Shown here: positions 44,830 through 53,755 of the stretch, piece after piece
How the letters are laid out: each line of letters starts with the position of its first letter
Numbering within the stretch: the first letter of the stretch is position 1
Origin: Allofournierella sp.
GTDB lineage: Bacteria > Bacillota > Clostridia > Oscillospirales > Ruminococcaceae
NCBI GenBank assembly: GCA_020025635.1
Contig: JAHHRU010000003.1
Coordinates: forward strand, 33,218-97,217
Direction: 5' to 3'
DNA length: 64,000 nt
Made by a program: the position numbers and the translations under genes
The notes under the pieces: model-generated
What the model was told of the DNA's origin: nothing
Databases searched by the model: none
What the model saw: the letters and a program-made list of their open reading frames with translations, nothing else

Positions 44830-44841
44830 TGTCAATGAACA
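44830..44841. promoter_or_regulatory. candidate BlaI-family operator dyad 2, overlapping a minus-strand -35 TTGACA
   Basis: TGTCA-AT-GAACA (4/5 symmetric). On the minus strand TTGACA-N17-TATCCT. The flanking decamers TTCATTGACA (44782..44791) and TGTCAATGAA (44830..44839) are exact inverted repeats. Confidence 0.45.
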
Positions 44842-44901
44842 TTCTGTGAAACTTCTCGTTTGCGTTCGTTTGCCGCAAAAGCCTTTTCGGTGTCCGCTGT
44901 C

Positions 44902-44930
44902 TTTACAACTTCCCGCTTTCTCCTTATAAT
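44902..44930 (+). promoter_or_regulatory. sigma-A type promoter for the M3 peptidase gene
   Basis: TTTACA-N17-TATAAT, about 38 nt upstream of the ATG at 44968. Confidence 0.65.
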
Positions 44931-44967
44931 AAGAATGATCTGTCTTTACGAAAGGAGAATTTGACCG

Positions 44968-46671
44968 ATGAAATTTTCTGAGATGAAATATGTCCGCCCG
45001 GACACCGACGCCCTGATCCAGAGCTACGGGCGCCTGACCGAGGCTGCCCAAAAGGCCGAAAACGGCCAGACCCTGCTGGATCTGTTTGCCGAGCACCGCA
45101 CCTTGAATGACGACTACGAGTGCAACTCCTGCCTTGCCAACATCCGCCACACCCTGGACACCCGTGACGAGTTCTATGACACCGAGAACAACTTCTTCGA
45201 CCGTGTGGGCCCCAGCGTTGGAAACGCCCAGCTGAATTTCTACCGTGCCCTGCTGGCCAGCCCCCACAAGGAGGCCCTTGCCCAGAAGTACGGCCAGATC
45301 CTGCTGGACAAGATGCAGATTTCCGTGAGCTCCGCCAGCGAGGAAGTTCTGGAGCTGATGCAGGAAGAAAACGAGCTGGTAAGCCGTTATCAGAAGCTGT
45401 ACGCCACCTGCACCGTGGAATTTGACGGCAAGACCCTGGCCATTCCCGAAATGGGCCCCTATAAGGAAAGCCTGGACCGCAATGTGCGCAAGGCTGCTTT
45501 TGAGGCCGAGGGCAAAGCTTTCGACAGCATCCGCAATGAGCTGGACGAGATCTACACCCGCATGATCGAAAACCGCAACGAGCAGGCCCGCCGCCTGGGC
45601 TTTGAAAACTATGTTCCCCTTTCCTACCTGCGCATGGGCCGCCTGGGCTATGATGCCAAGGACGTGAAGAGCTTCCGCGATCAGGTTGCCCGGGACGTTA
45701 CCCCTCTTGCCAACAAGGCCATGCAGGCCCAGTTCAAGCGTGTGGGCCTTTCCGATGCCAAGTTCTATGACTGCACCGTTGGCTTTGCCGATGGCAACGC
45801 CGCCCCGGTGGGCACTGCCGAAGAGCTGCTTGCCTTTGCAAAGCAGATGTACACCGAGCTTTCTCCCGAAACCGCTGAGTTCATCCAGATGATGACCGAG
45901 TCGGATCTGTTCGATTTGAAGAGCCGCACCGGCAAGGCCCCCGGCGGCTACGAGTGTCCCATCCCGGTATTCAATGTGCCGTTCATCTTCTCCAACTTCA
46001 ACGGCACCTCCGGCGATGTGGACGTTCTCACCCATGAGGCCGGCCACGCCTTCCAGGCCTGGGTCGCTTTTGGCCAGGATCTGTGCCAGGAGCTGGCAAG
46101 CCCCGGTCTTGAAAGCTGTGAGATCCACTCCATGAGCATGGAGTTCCTCACCGAGCCCTGGCACCACCTGTTCTTCGGCAATGATGCCCGCAAAACCGCC
46201 AAGTACGCCCTGGCCCACGCTCAGGAGGCCCTGACCTTCCTGCCCTACGGCTGCATGGTGGATGAATTCCAGCACATCGTATACGCAAAGCCGGAGCTTA
46301 CCCCCGATGAGCGCAATGCGGTATGGATGGAGCTTGAGCACAAGTACCGCCCCTGGAACGATTTCGAGGATCTGCCCTTCTACGGCCGCGGCGCCGGCTG
46401 GCAGCGTCAGCTGCACGTTTACCAGCACCCCTTCTATTACATTGATTACTGCCTGGCCCAGATGGTAGCCCTGCAGTTCTTTGCTGCCGAGCTCAAGGAC
46501 CCCAAGGACGCCTGGCAGCGCTACATGACCCTGGTAAAGCTGGGCGGCACCGAGACCTATGCAGGTCTTGTCCGTTCTGCCGGCTTTGCGGTGCCCTTCG
46601 AGCCGGGCGCCATCCAGCCGGTGGTGGAGCAGGTCGCCCAGTGGGTGGAAAGCAAAAATCAGCAGCTGTGA
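44968..46671 (+). CDS. pepF: M3 family oligoendopeptidase (PepF-type)
   Basis: 567 aa. HEAGHAF zinc motif plus a downstream E ligand (EIHSMSME). Confidence 0.88.
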   Translation: MKFSEMKYVRPDTDALIQSYGRLTEAAQKAENGQTLLDLFAEHRTLNDDYECNSCLANIRHTLDTRDEFYDTENNFFDRVGPSVGNAQLNFYRALLASPHKEALAQKYGQILLDKMQISVSSASEEVLELMQEENELVSRYQKLYATCTVEFDGKTLAIPEMGPYKESLDRNVRKAAFEAEGKAFDSIRNELDEIYTRMIENRNEQARRLGFENYVPLSYLRMGRLGYDAKDVKSFRDQVARDVTPLANKAMQAQFKRVGLSDAKFYDCTVGFADGNAAPVGTAEELLAFAKQMYTELSPETAEFIQMMTESDLFDLKSRTGKAPGGYECPIPVFNVPFIFSNFNGTSGDVDVLTHEAGHAFQAWVAFGQDLCQELASPGLESCEIHSMSMEFLTEPWHHLFFGNDARKTAKYALAHAQEALTFLPYGCMVDEFQHIVYAKPELTPDERNAVWMELEHKYRPWNDFEDLPFYGRGAGWQRQLHVYQHPFYYIDYCLAQMVALQFFAAELKDPKDAWQRYMTLVKLGGTETYAGLVRSAGFAVPFEPGAIQPVVEQVAQWVESKNQQL

Positions 46672-46741
46672 TCGTTTATCTTTTCACAGAATGCGCAAAC
46701 TCTGTATCCCACACACGCACAAAATGACATTCTCATACGGA

Positions 46742-46780
46742 AAGGCATCCGCTTTCAAAGCGGGTGCCTTTTCTGCTTTT
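46742..46780 (+). terminator. rho-independent terminator after pepF
   Basis: AAGGCATCCGC-TTTCAAA-GCGGGTGCCTT, followed by TTCTGCTTTTT. Confidence 0.7.
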
Positions 46781-46895
46781 TCCCGGTTTAAGGGGGCTGT
46801 GCGCCTTTTCTGCGTTCTTTTTGGGCTTTTTCGCCCCCTTCGGCCGGGCCGGAAAAAATTTCCCACAGAAATTTCAAAGAAAATTTTGTATTTCC

Positions 46896-46924
46896 TTGAC
46901 AAACCATTTCACCGCCCTTATAAT
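46896..46924 (+). promoter_or_regulatory. consensus sigma-A promoter for the Opp-like ABC operon
   Basis: Perfect TTGACA-N17-TATAAT. Leaves a ~100-nt leader with two predicted stems before the AAAGGAGG RBS. Confidence 0.75.
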
Positions 46925-47027
46925 ACTTTAGTATAGTAAGGTGTTATGTAGCTCGTGCACCTTGCTGAGGGGAAAACGGTCATTGTTTCTGGGCCGTTTC
47001 CGTCAAGTATAAAGGAGGAAAGTACAC

Positions 47028-49349
47028 ATGAAACAGTTTCTTGCACTGCTGCTGGCGTTCACCATGGGCCTGTCCCTGGTTGCATGCGGCGGCGAAAAGG
47101 CTCCCGAGCAGGCTTCCAGCCAGTCCGGCGCTGCAACTTCCGAAGTTGTTCTGGAAGAAGATGAGCAGCCCGGTGCGGATGCTCCCATCGCAGAGCTGAA
47201 GACCCTGAACGGCAAGGTATACGGCGAAGATTACACCGCCCTGTACCAGCAGTTCGGTAAGGACGTCACCATTGCTGACGTTATCGAGGATGAAGAGACC
47301 GGCACCGCTTACATCGTTCGCGACGGCAAGCGCCACACCCTGGGCCTGGACTTCCTGTCCCGCGCTATGGTTTACAACACCACTGTTCCCGAGGGCGGCG
47401 AGTGGGCCGACGAGAACGACGTCTACGCCGACTGGTGGAGACTGTACATCACCCGCTGGAACCAGATGCTGCCCGAAATCCCCCTGTACACCAACGAGTA
47501 CTATGATCTGTACAACGCACAGATCAAGGGCGTTACCGAGTTCCCCACCAACCCCTACTGGACTCCCGCTCAGGCCCTGATCGACTGGACCAGCGAGAAG
47601 AAGGAAAAGAACATCATCCTGGGTGCCTCCACCGAGCTGTCCGGCAAGTTCCGCTTTGCTGCTTTCGGTGCTACCAGCCCCGGAAGCTCTGACCACGATG
47701 TTCAGAAGCTGATCACCGGCCTTGGCACCATTGCACAGACCGTTGACGGCAACTACGTTTGGAACGACACCGTTGTTGCTGAGCACAAGGAAGTCACCAA
47801 CGAAGACGGCAGCCTGACCTATACCATCAAGCTGCACGATGACCTGAAGTTCTCCGATGGTTCCCCCATCACCGCCAAGAACTACCTGGCCGAGACCCTG
47901 GTCTTCTCCACTCCTGTTGGCGCTCAGGCCGCTTCCAAGGATCACATGGCCGGCATGAAGTATGTTGGCTTTGAGGAGTTCAACGTTTACACCGGCGCCG
48001 GCAGCCCCGCTGAGATGCCCCTGAAGGATGCTGACGGCAACGAAGTGAAGGATGCCGACGGCAACGTCAAGACCATTAAGACCAGCAAGGTCTTCTCCGG
48101 CCTGCGTCTGCTCGATGATCTGACCTTCTCCGCCACCATCGATGCTGAATATCTGCCCTACTTCTATGCTCTCACCTATGCCGACTTCCAGCCCCAGCCC
48201 CTGGGCCTGTACCTGGACAAGGCTGACATCAAGGATGACGGCGAAGGCGTTTACCTCACCGATGACTTCTATGCTATGAACGGCGATAAGTACGCTCTGG
48301 CAAGCCATATCTTTGACGGCGCCTGGAACACCAACAACGACTATCCCTACTCCGGCATGTACACCGTTGAGAGATGGAACAACAGCGACAAGTCTGTTGT
48401 TCTGGCTCTGAACCCCGAGTTCAAGGGCGACTACCGCGGCCACAAGCCCACCATCGAGAAGGTCGTTTACAAGCGCACCGTTCTGCAGACCCAGCTGGAG
48501 GACTTCAAGTCCGGCGGCATTGACGTTCTGATGGGCGTTACCGGCGGCGATTCCACCAACGAGGCGATCGCTCTGGCTGACAGCGCTCCCGACAAGTACG
48601 TTTACACCAGCTACTCCCGCGCAGGCTACGGCAAGCTCGCTTTCCGTGCCGACTTCGGCCCTGTTCAGTTCCCCGAAGTCCGTCAGGCCATTGCCTACTG
48701 CATGGACCGTGCAAAGTTCGCTAAGGACTTCACCGGCGGCTACGGCGGCGTTGTGGACGGCCCCTACTACTCCGGTTCCTGGATGTACAAGGAAGCTGTG
48801 AAGGACGGCATGATGCTGAACGCTTATGCTACTTCTGCTGACACTGCCATCAAGGTTCTGGAAGAAGGCGGCTGGGTCTACAACGAGAAGGGCGAAGCTT
48901 ACACCAGCGGCATCCGCTACAAGAAGATCCCTGCTGCCGAGATGGACGAGCGTGATATCACCTTCCAGTCCAAGGACGGCTCTTACAAGACCACCAAGGT
49001 CGGCGATGACTACTACATGCCTCTGTGCCTGAACTGGTACGGCACCCAGGACAACGACTTCTCTGACCTGCTGATGACCGGCTTCCTGAAGAACGACAAC
49101 CTGTCTACCGCAGGCTTCAACGTTCAGTACACTCTGGGCGACTTCAACCCGATGATTGATGAGCTGTCTCAGGCTGCTATCTACGGTTTCTATCAGGGCA
49201 CTCCTCTGTACACCTGCTTCAACCTGGCAACCGGCTACAACAGCGCAGTTTATGACTACTCCTACAATCTGACCATTGATCCGGATGAGTTCGACAACTA
49301 CAGCCTGTTCTACATCAAGGATGAGGCCGACGCTTACTGGTTCGAGTAA
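47028..49349 (+). CDS. ABC transporter substrate-binding lipoprotein, family 5 (peptide/nickel/oligosaccharide type), oversized
   Basis: 773 aa. Lipobox LSLVAC|G. Core block YTIKLHDDLKFSDGSPITAKNY is typical of SBP_bac_5. About 190 aa of extra N-terminal sequence. Confidence 0.85.
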   Translation: MKQFLALLLAFTMGLSLVACGGEKAPEQASSQSGAATSEVVLEEDEQPGADAPIAELKTLNGKVYGEDYTALYQQFGKDVTIADVIEDEETGTAYIVRDGKRHTLGLDFLSRAMVYNTTVPEGGEWADENDVYADWWRLYITRWNQMLPEIPLYTNEYYDLYNAQIKGVTEFPTNPYWTPAQALIDWTSEKKEKNIILGASTELSGKFRFAAFGATSPGSSDHDVQKLITGLGTIAQTVDGNYVWNDTVVAEHKEVTNEDGSLTYTIKLHDDLKFSDGSPITAKNYLAETLVFSTPVGAQAASKDHMAGMKYVGFEEFNVYTGAGSPAEMPLKDADGNEVKDADGNVKTIKTSKVFSGLRLLDDLTFSATIDAEYLPYFYALTYADFQPQPLGLYLDKADIKDDGEGVYLTDDFYAMNGDKYALASHIFDGAWNTNNDYPYSGMYTVERWNNSDKSVVLALNPEFKGDYRGHKPTIEKVVYKRTVLQTQLEDFKSGGIDVLMGVTGGDSTNEAIALADSAPDKYVYTSYSRAGYGKLAFRADFGPVQFPEVRQAIAYCMDRAKFAKDFTGGYGGVVDGPYYSGSWMYKEAVKDGMMLNAYATSADTAIKVLEEGGWVYNEKGEAYTSGIRYKKIPAAEMDERDITFQSKDGSYKTTKVGDDYYMPLCLNWYGTQDNDFSDLLMTGFLKNDNLSTAGFNVQYTLGDFNPMIDELSQAAIYGFYQGTPLYTCFNLATGYNSAVYDYSYNLTIDPDEFDNYSLFYIKDEADAYWFE

Positions 49350-49667
49350 GATTTCTGCAACATTTCGTTCAGAATACGCTTTTTCTGATGGCCCGGGGCT
49401 CTTGCTCCGGGCCATCAAAATATTAAGTCTTGAGTGCACGCGCGATTTATGGTAAAATAAGTCTTGCGTGTATGAAGTTTGCAATATCATCGTGCTTCAC
49501 AGGCGCCTTTCCAGGAGGCGTCTTCTTCCTGTATATCGTTGGAAACCTGTTTTATCGTTCCAAACGGTGTTCTTTGCGGAACGGGTTCCCAATGATATAC
49601 AGGATGTCGCGCAGCGCCGCTGGTCGGGAAAGCGGCGGCGAACCACCCATCCTGCAAGAAACGAGGA

Positions 49668-50717
49668 ATGAAAATGACAAAATACACCTTAAAGCGAATC
49701 GGGTATATGATGATCGTTCTGGTGATCCTTTCCTTCATCATGTTCATGATCTACAGCCTTGTACCCGCCAACCGGGCTTACACCGACGCCAAAGCTGAGG
49801 TGCAGGCCATGAAAAACACCATTCCCAAGGGTCAGATGAATCAATACTTTGATGATCTTTACCTGAAATATCAGCGTATGTACGGCACCGATACCGAAAA
49901 CAAGGTGGTGCGCTATCTGCGCTGGGTAGGCCTTGCCCCTCTTTACGACGGCAGCTACAACGGCCTGCTTCAGGGCAACCTTGGCTGGTCTTATGAAAAG
50001 AAGCTCCCGGTTCTGGACGTGATCAAGGCGCCCATGCTCAACACTATCAAGATCAATATCATCGCCACGATCCTTGCGCTTGGCATCACCCTGCCTTTGG
50101 GCATTCATTGTGCCGTTAAACGCGGTTCCAAAAGCGACCAGATCGTTCAGGTCTTTACCATTGTTGGTTACAGCCTGCCAAACTTCCTGATCGCGATCCT
50201 GTTTATCTGGATCTTCTGCTCCAAGCTGGGCTGGTTCCCCCCCAGCGGCATGCAGACCCCCGGTTCCCACTATGTGGGCATGCGCAAGTTCCTGGATGAG
50301 CTTTATTATCTTGCGCTGCCCCTGATCACCATGACCTTCTGCTCCTTGGGCGGCATGACCCGTTATGTGCGTGCCTCCATGATCGAAGCGCTGAGCATGG
50401 ACTGCATCAAAACTGCCCGTGCAAAAGGTCTGCGTGAGCGCGCCGTTATCTATTCTCATGCCTGGCGCAACGCTCTGATTCCCATTGTCACCCTGGTTGT
50501 GGGCTGGTTCCTGGGCATTTTTGCCGGCTCTCTTGTGATTGAGGAAATGTTCGCTCTGAACGGCATGGGCCGTTTGATGATCTCTTCTCTGCGCGCTGCT
50601 GACTATGACGTTGTGCTTTTGATGCAGATGTTCTATGTGTTCATGTCTCTGGTCGGCACCCTGGTCATTGACATCATCTACGGTCTGGTTGACCCCCGTG
50701 TTCGTGTTAACAAGTAA
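49668..50717 (+). CDS. ABC transporter permease, OppB/DppB-like
   Basis: 349 aa. YTLKRIGYMMIVLVILSFIMF N-terminus, EAA-type loop (YVRASMIEALSMDCIKTARAKGL). Confidence 0.88.
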   Translation: MKMTKYTLKRIGYMMIVLVILSFIMFMIYSLVPANRAYTDAKAEVQAMKNTIPKGQMNQYFDDLYLKYQRMYGTDTENKVVRYLRWVGLAPLYDGSYNGLLQGNLGWSYEKKLPVLDVIKAPMLNTIKINIIATILALGITLPLGIHCAVKRGSKSDQIVQVFTIVGYSLPNFLIAILFIWIFCSKLGWFPPSGMQTPGSHYVGMRKFLDELYYLALPLITMTFCSLGGMTRYVRASMIEALSMDCIKTARAKGLRERAVIYSHAWRNALIPIVTLVVGWFLGIFAGSLVIEEMFALNGMGRLMISSLRAADYDVVLLMQMFYVFMSLVGTLVIDIIYGLVDPRVRVNK

Positions 50718-50737
50718 TATAAGAGGAGGAACCCTTT

Positions 50738-52729
50738 GTGAGCAAAAAGAATAACAGCAAGACCTCCTCCAACAAGGGAGTCTTTGTCACCCTCGGCGGC
50801 TGGCTGCGCCGCCTGTGGCGCGGTGGCTCGAACGATCTTGCCATGCAGATGGAAGGCCGCACTGCAGCGGCTGCTGCCGATGTGGAAGAGATCGTAAGCC
50901 CCGGCCGGCAGATCCTGAACAATTTCATGGAGCGCAAACTGGCTGTCGGCGCTCTCATCACCCTGATCCTCATGTTCGTCGTCATGTTCGTGGGCCCCTT
51001 GATGATGCCCAAGTACTATGATGCCTATACCGAAGTTACCCAGAAGAGCATCCCTCCCACGATGTCCATGCTGAGCGTTCCCAGCCAGCTGAAAAAGGAA
51101 GGCATCAAGGAGATCGACGGCTTTGGCTCCTTCACGGTCGGCCTTTCCAATGAGGGCAACGTGTTTGTTTGGGGCTCCACCAAGATCGGCACCACCGGTA
51201 TCGATGTGGGTGATATCCCCGAAGAAGTGAAAAACAGCAAGATCGAAATGGTTGCGGCCGGCATCGACCACATTGTTGCCATCACCGAAGAAGGCAAGGT
51301 CATCTGCTGGGGCAACAACAAGCTGGGCCAGTACGGCACCGAGACCGAAGCCCGCGAGCGCGGCGAGGACCCCAACCCCAACATTGCTTACGAGCCTGAG
51401 ATCCTGGTAACCGGCATCGATGTTACCCGTGTCAAAAAGCTCACCGCCGGCTATCAGTGCAGCGCCATCATCCTGGATGACGGCACCCTGTACCTGTGGG
51501 GCAACAAAAACGCCTACGCCAACATGGATCTGTTCCTTTCTCTGGGCAACATCTATGACATGGACTTTACCCTGAACTACATTGTTGGTGTCAACGGCAA
51601 GCGCAACACCATTTACACCGGTTCCCGCGGCCTGTATGATGTGGTCCGCCCGAATGTGGACGGTGAAGCCTACCCCGCCAAGAAATACATCGGCAAGCGT
51701 AAGGTGGAAGAGATCGTTGCCACCTCCACCAGCATGGCCCTTCTGCTGAATGACGGTTCTGTCTGCTTTGCAGGTGACTTCCCTGCCGGTATGCAGCCTG
51801 CCCCGAATCTTCCCGAAGGCGAAAAATTCGTGGATATCGTGGGCGGTTCCTACCATTACAGCGGCCTGACCGATCAGGGCAATGTTTATTCCTGGGGCAG
51901 CAATCAGCTGAACCAGACCGCTGTTCCCAAGAAGCTTTCCAATGTGAGCGAGATTTACAGCGGTTCCTTCCAGACCTATGCGGTCGATGAAGAAGGCGGC
52001 CTGCTGGGCAAATGGGGCCTCAAGGGCTACCTCTTCGGCACCGATACCCATGGCGCTGACATCTTCCAGCGCATCATCAACGGCGGCCGTATGACCATGA
52101 CCATCGGTGCTGTTGCCGTTATCATCTCCTCTCTCATCGGTATCGTGATCGGCTGCCTGTCCGGCTACTTCGGCGGCAAGCTGGATATCTTCCTCATGCG
52201 TGTGGCCGAGATCTTCTCCGCCATCCCCTTCCTGCCTTTTGCCATGATCCTTTCTGCTGTTATGGGCCGTTCGACCCTCACAGAAACCATGCGCATCTTC
52301 ATCATCATGTGCATCCTGGGCGTTCTGACCTGGCCCGGCCTTGCCCGCCTTGTCCGCGGTCAGGTGCTGGTTGCCCGTGAAAGCGAGTACGTCACCGCCG
52401 CAAAGGCCATGGGCGTTAAGGAAAGCTCCATCGCCTTCAAGCACATCCTTCCCAACGTAATGTCTGTCATTCTGGTTACCCTGATGCTGGACTTCGGCAC
52501 CTGCATGCTCACCGAGTCTTCTCTGAGCTACCTGGGCTTCGGCGTGGCTTATCCCCGTCCCACCTGGGGCAATATGCTGAACGGCGCCAACAACGCCACC
52601 ATCATCAACACCTACTGGTGGCAGTGGCTGTTCACTGCGATCTTCCTGGCCGTTACCACGATCTGCATCAACATCGTCGGCGACGCCCTGCGTGACGTGA
52701 TGGACCCCAAGTCCAGTGTTGAAAAGTAA
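50738..52729 (+). CDS. ABC transporter permease, OppC/DppC-like, with a ~325-aa RCC1-repeat (beta-propeller-like) insertion in the first extracytoplasmic loop
   Basis: 663 aa, GTG start after GAGGAGG. TM1 at about aa 68-90. RCC1-type repeats (GNVFVWGST, GKVICWGNNKLGQYG, GTLYLWGNKN, GNVYSWGSNQLNQ) at about aa 105-430. Then the canonical OppC core: LFGTDTHGADIFQRII..., EAA loop EYVTAAKAMGV. Confidence 0.85.
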   Translation: MSKKNNSKTSSNKGVFVTLGGWLRRLWRGGSNDLAMQMEGRTAAAAADVEEIVSPGRQILNNFMERKLAVGALITLILMFVVMFVGPLMMPKYYDAYTEVTQKSIPPTMSMLSVPSQLKKEGIKEIDGFGSFTVGLSNEGNVFVWGSTKIGTTGIDVGDIPEEVKNSKIEMVAAGIDHIVAITEEGKVICWGNNKLGQYGTETEARERGEDPNPNIAYEPEILVTGIDVTRVKKLTAGYQCSAIILDDGTLYLWGNKNAYANMDLFLSLGNIYDMDFTLNYIVGVNGKRNTIYTGSRGLYDVVRPNVDGEAYPAKKYIGKRKVEEIVATSTSMALLLNDGSVCFAGDFPAGMQPAPNLPEGEKFVDIVGGSYHYSGLTDQGNVYSWGSNQLNQTAVPKKLSNVSEIYSGSFQTYAVDEEGGLLGKWGLKGYLFGTDTHGADIFQRIINGGRMTMTIGAVAVIISSLIGIVIGCLSGYFGGKLDIFLMRVAEIFSAIPFLPFAMILSAVMGRSTLTETMRIFIIMCILGVLTWPGLARLVRGQVLVARESEYVTAAKAMGVKESSIAFKHILPNVMSVILVTLMLDFGTCMLTESSLSYLGFGVAYPRPTWGNMLNGANNATIINTYWWQWLFTAIFLAVTTICINIVGDALRDVMDPKSSVEK

Positions 52730-52741
52730 GGAGGGTACGAC

Positions 52742-53755
52742 ATGCCATTACTGGAAATCAAAAACCTGCGCACATTCTTCAAAACCAAAAAGGGCATCGT
52801 CAAGGCCGTCAACGACGTGTCTTATTCCCTGGAGCCCGGCAAGACCATCGGCATCGTCGGTGAGTCCGGTTCCGGCAAGTCCGTTTCTGCAATGAGCATC
52901 CTGCGTCTTCTGGACGATAACGGATACATTGACTCGGGCGAGATCTATTTCGAGGGCCGTGAGCTGACAAAGCTTCCCATGGATGAGCTTTATTCCATCC
53001 GCGGCAACGCCATCTCTGTTATCTTCCAGGAGCCCATGACCAGCCTGAACCCGGTGTTCAGCATCGAGCGCCAGCTGTGCGAGCCTTTCATCATTCATCA
53101 GCACATGAAGAAGAAGGAAGCCCGCGAACAGGCCCTCAAGATGCTTTATGACGTGCAGATCCCCAACCCGGAAGCCGTTATGAAGCAGTATCCCCACCAG
53201 CTTTCCGGCGGTATGCGCCAGCGTGTCATGATCGCCATGGCCCTGGCCTGCCGGCCCAAGATCCTGATTGCTGACGAGCCCACCACCGCTCTGGACGTTA
53301 CCATCCAGGCCCAGATCCTGCGCCTGATGAACGACCTGCAGAAGGAAAAGGGCACCTCCATCATCTTCATCACCCATGACCTGGGCGTTATCAACGAGAT
53401 GGCGGACGATGTGGCCGTTATGTACTGCGGCCAGGTGGTGGAAAAGGCTTCTGCCCGCACCATCTTCAGCAACTGCACCATGAGCCACCCCTATACCGAA
53501 GGCCTCATGTACTCCATTCCCCGCATTGAAAACGTGGGCGCAAAGATCGAGCCCATCCCCGGCGTGGTGCCGCACCCCCTGGCTCTGCCCAAGGGCTGCA
53601 AGTTCGCCCCCCGCTGCAAATACTGCACCAAGAAATGCTTGGAAGAAGAGCCCACTCTTACCGATGTGGGCAATGGCCAGCAGATCCGGTGTTTCTATCC
53701 TGAAAAGGAGGTAAGACAGAGTGAAGAGCACAAAAAAATTACTGTCAATCACTAA
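52742..53755 (+). CDS. ABC transporter ATP-binding protein, OppD/DppD-like
   Basis: 337 aa. Walker A GESGSGKS, LSGGMRQR, Walker B ILIADEPTTALD, and a C-terminal oligopeptide-type extension with Cys cluster. Confidence 0.92.
   Translation: MPLLEIKNLRTFFKTKKGIVKAVNDVSYSLEPGKTIGIVGESGSGKSVSAMSILRLLDDNGYIDSGEIYFEGRELTKLPMDELYSIRGNAISVIFQEPMTSLNPVFSIERQLCEPFIIHQHMKKKEAREQALKMLYDVQIPNPEAVMKQYPHQLSGGMRQRVMIAMALACRPKILIADEPTTALDVTIQAQILRLMNDLQKEKGTSIIFITHDLGVINEMADDVAVMYCGQVVEKASARTIFSNCTMSHPYTEGLMYSIPRIENVGAKIEPIPGVVPHPLALPKGCKFAPRCKYCTKKCLEEEPTLTDVGNGQQIRCFYPEKEVRQSEEHKKITVNH

Noticed and set aside
46559-46936. 125-aa ORF spanning the pepF terminator and the Opp-like promoter
   Set aside because: It overlaps the pepF 3' end, a terminator hairpin and a consensus promoter. 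There is no RBS, and the product is hydrophobic and basic low-complexity sequence.
46980-49490. 836-aa minus-strand ORF
   Set aside because: It is antisense to the family-5 binding lipoprotein, which has a lipobox, an SBP core motif, a consensus promoter and a strong RBS. The product is a Val/Gly/Ala/Leu/Asn-rich string without domains.
50678-52444. 588-aa minus-strand ORF
   Set aside because: It is antisense to the OppC-like/RCC1 permease and its composition is Gly/Ala/His/Asp-rich. The long ORFs at 42235..44373 (+), 44764..46428 (-), 33046..34887 (-), 22769..24784 (+), 26117..27424 (+), 53757..55247 (-) and 17483..19228 (+) are rejected for the same reason. All are antisense or out of frame relative to genes with clear family signatures.
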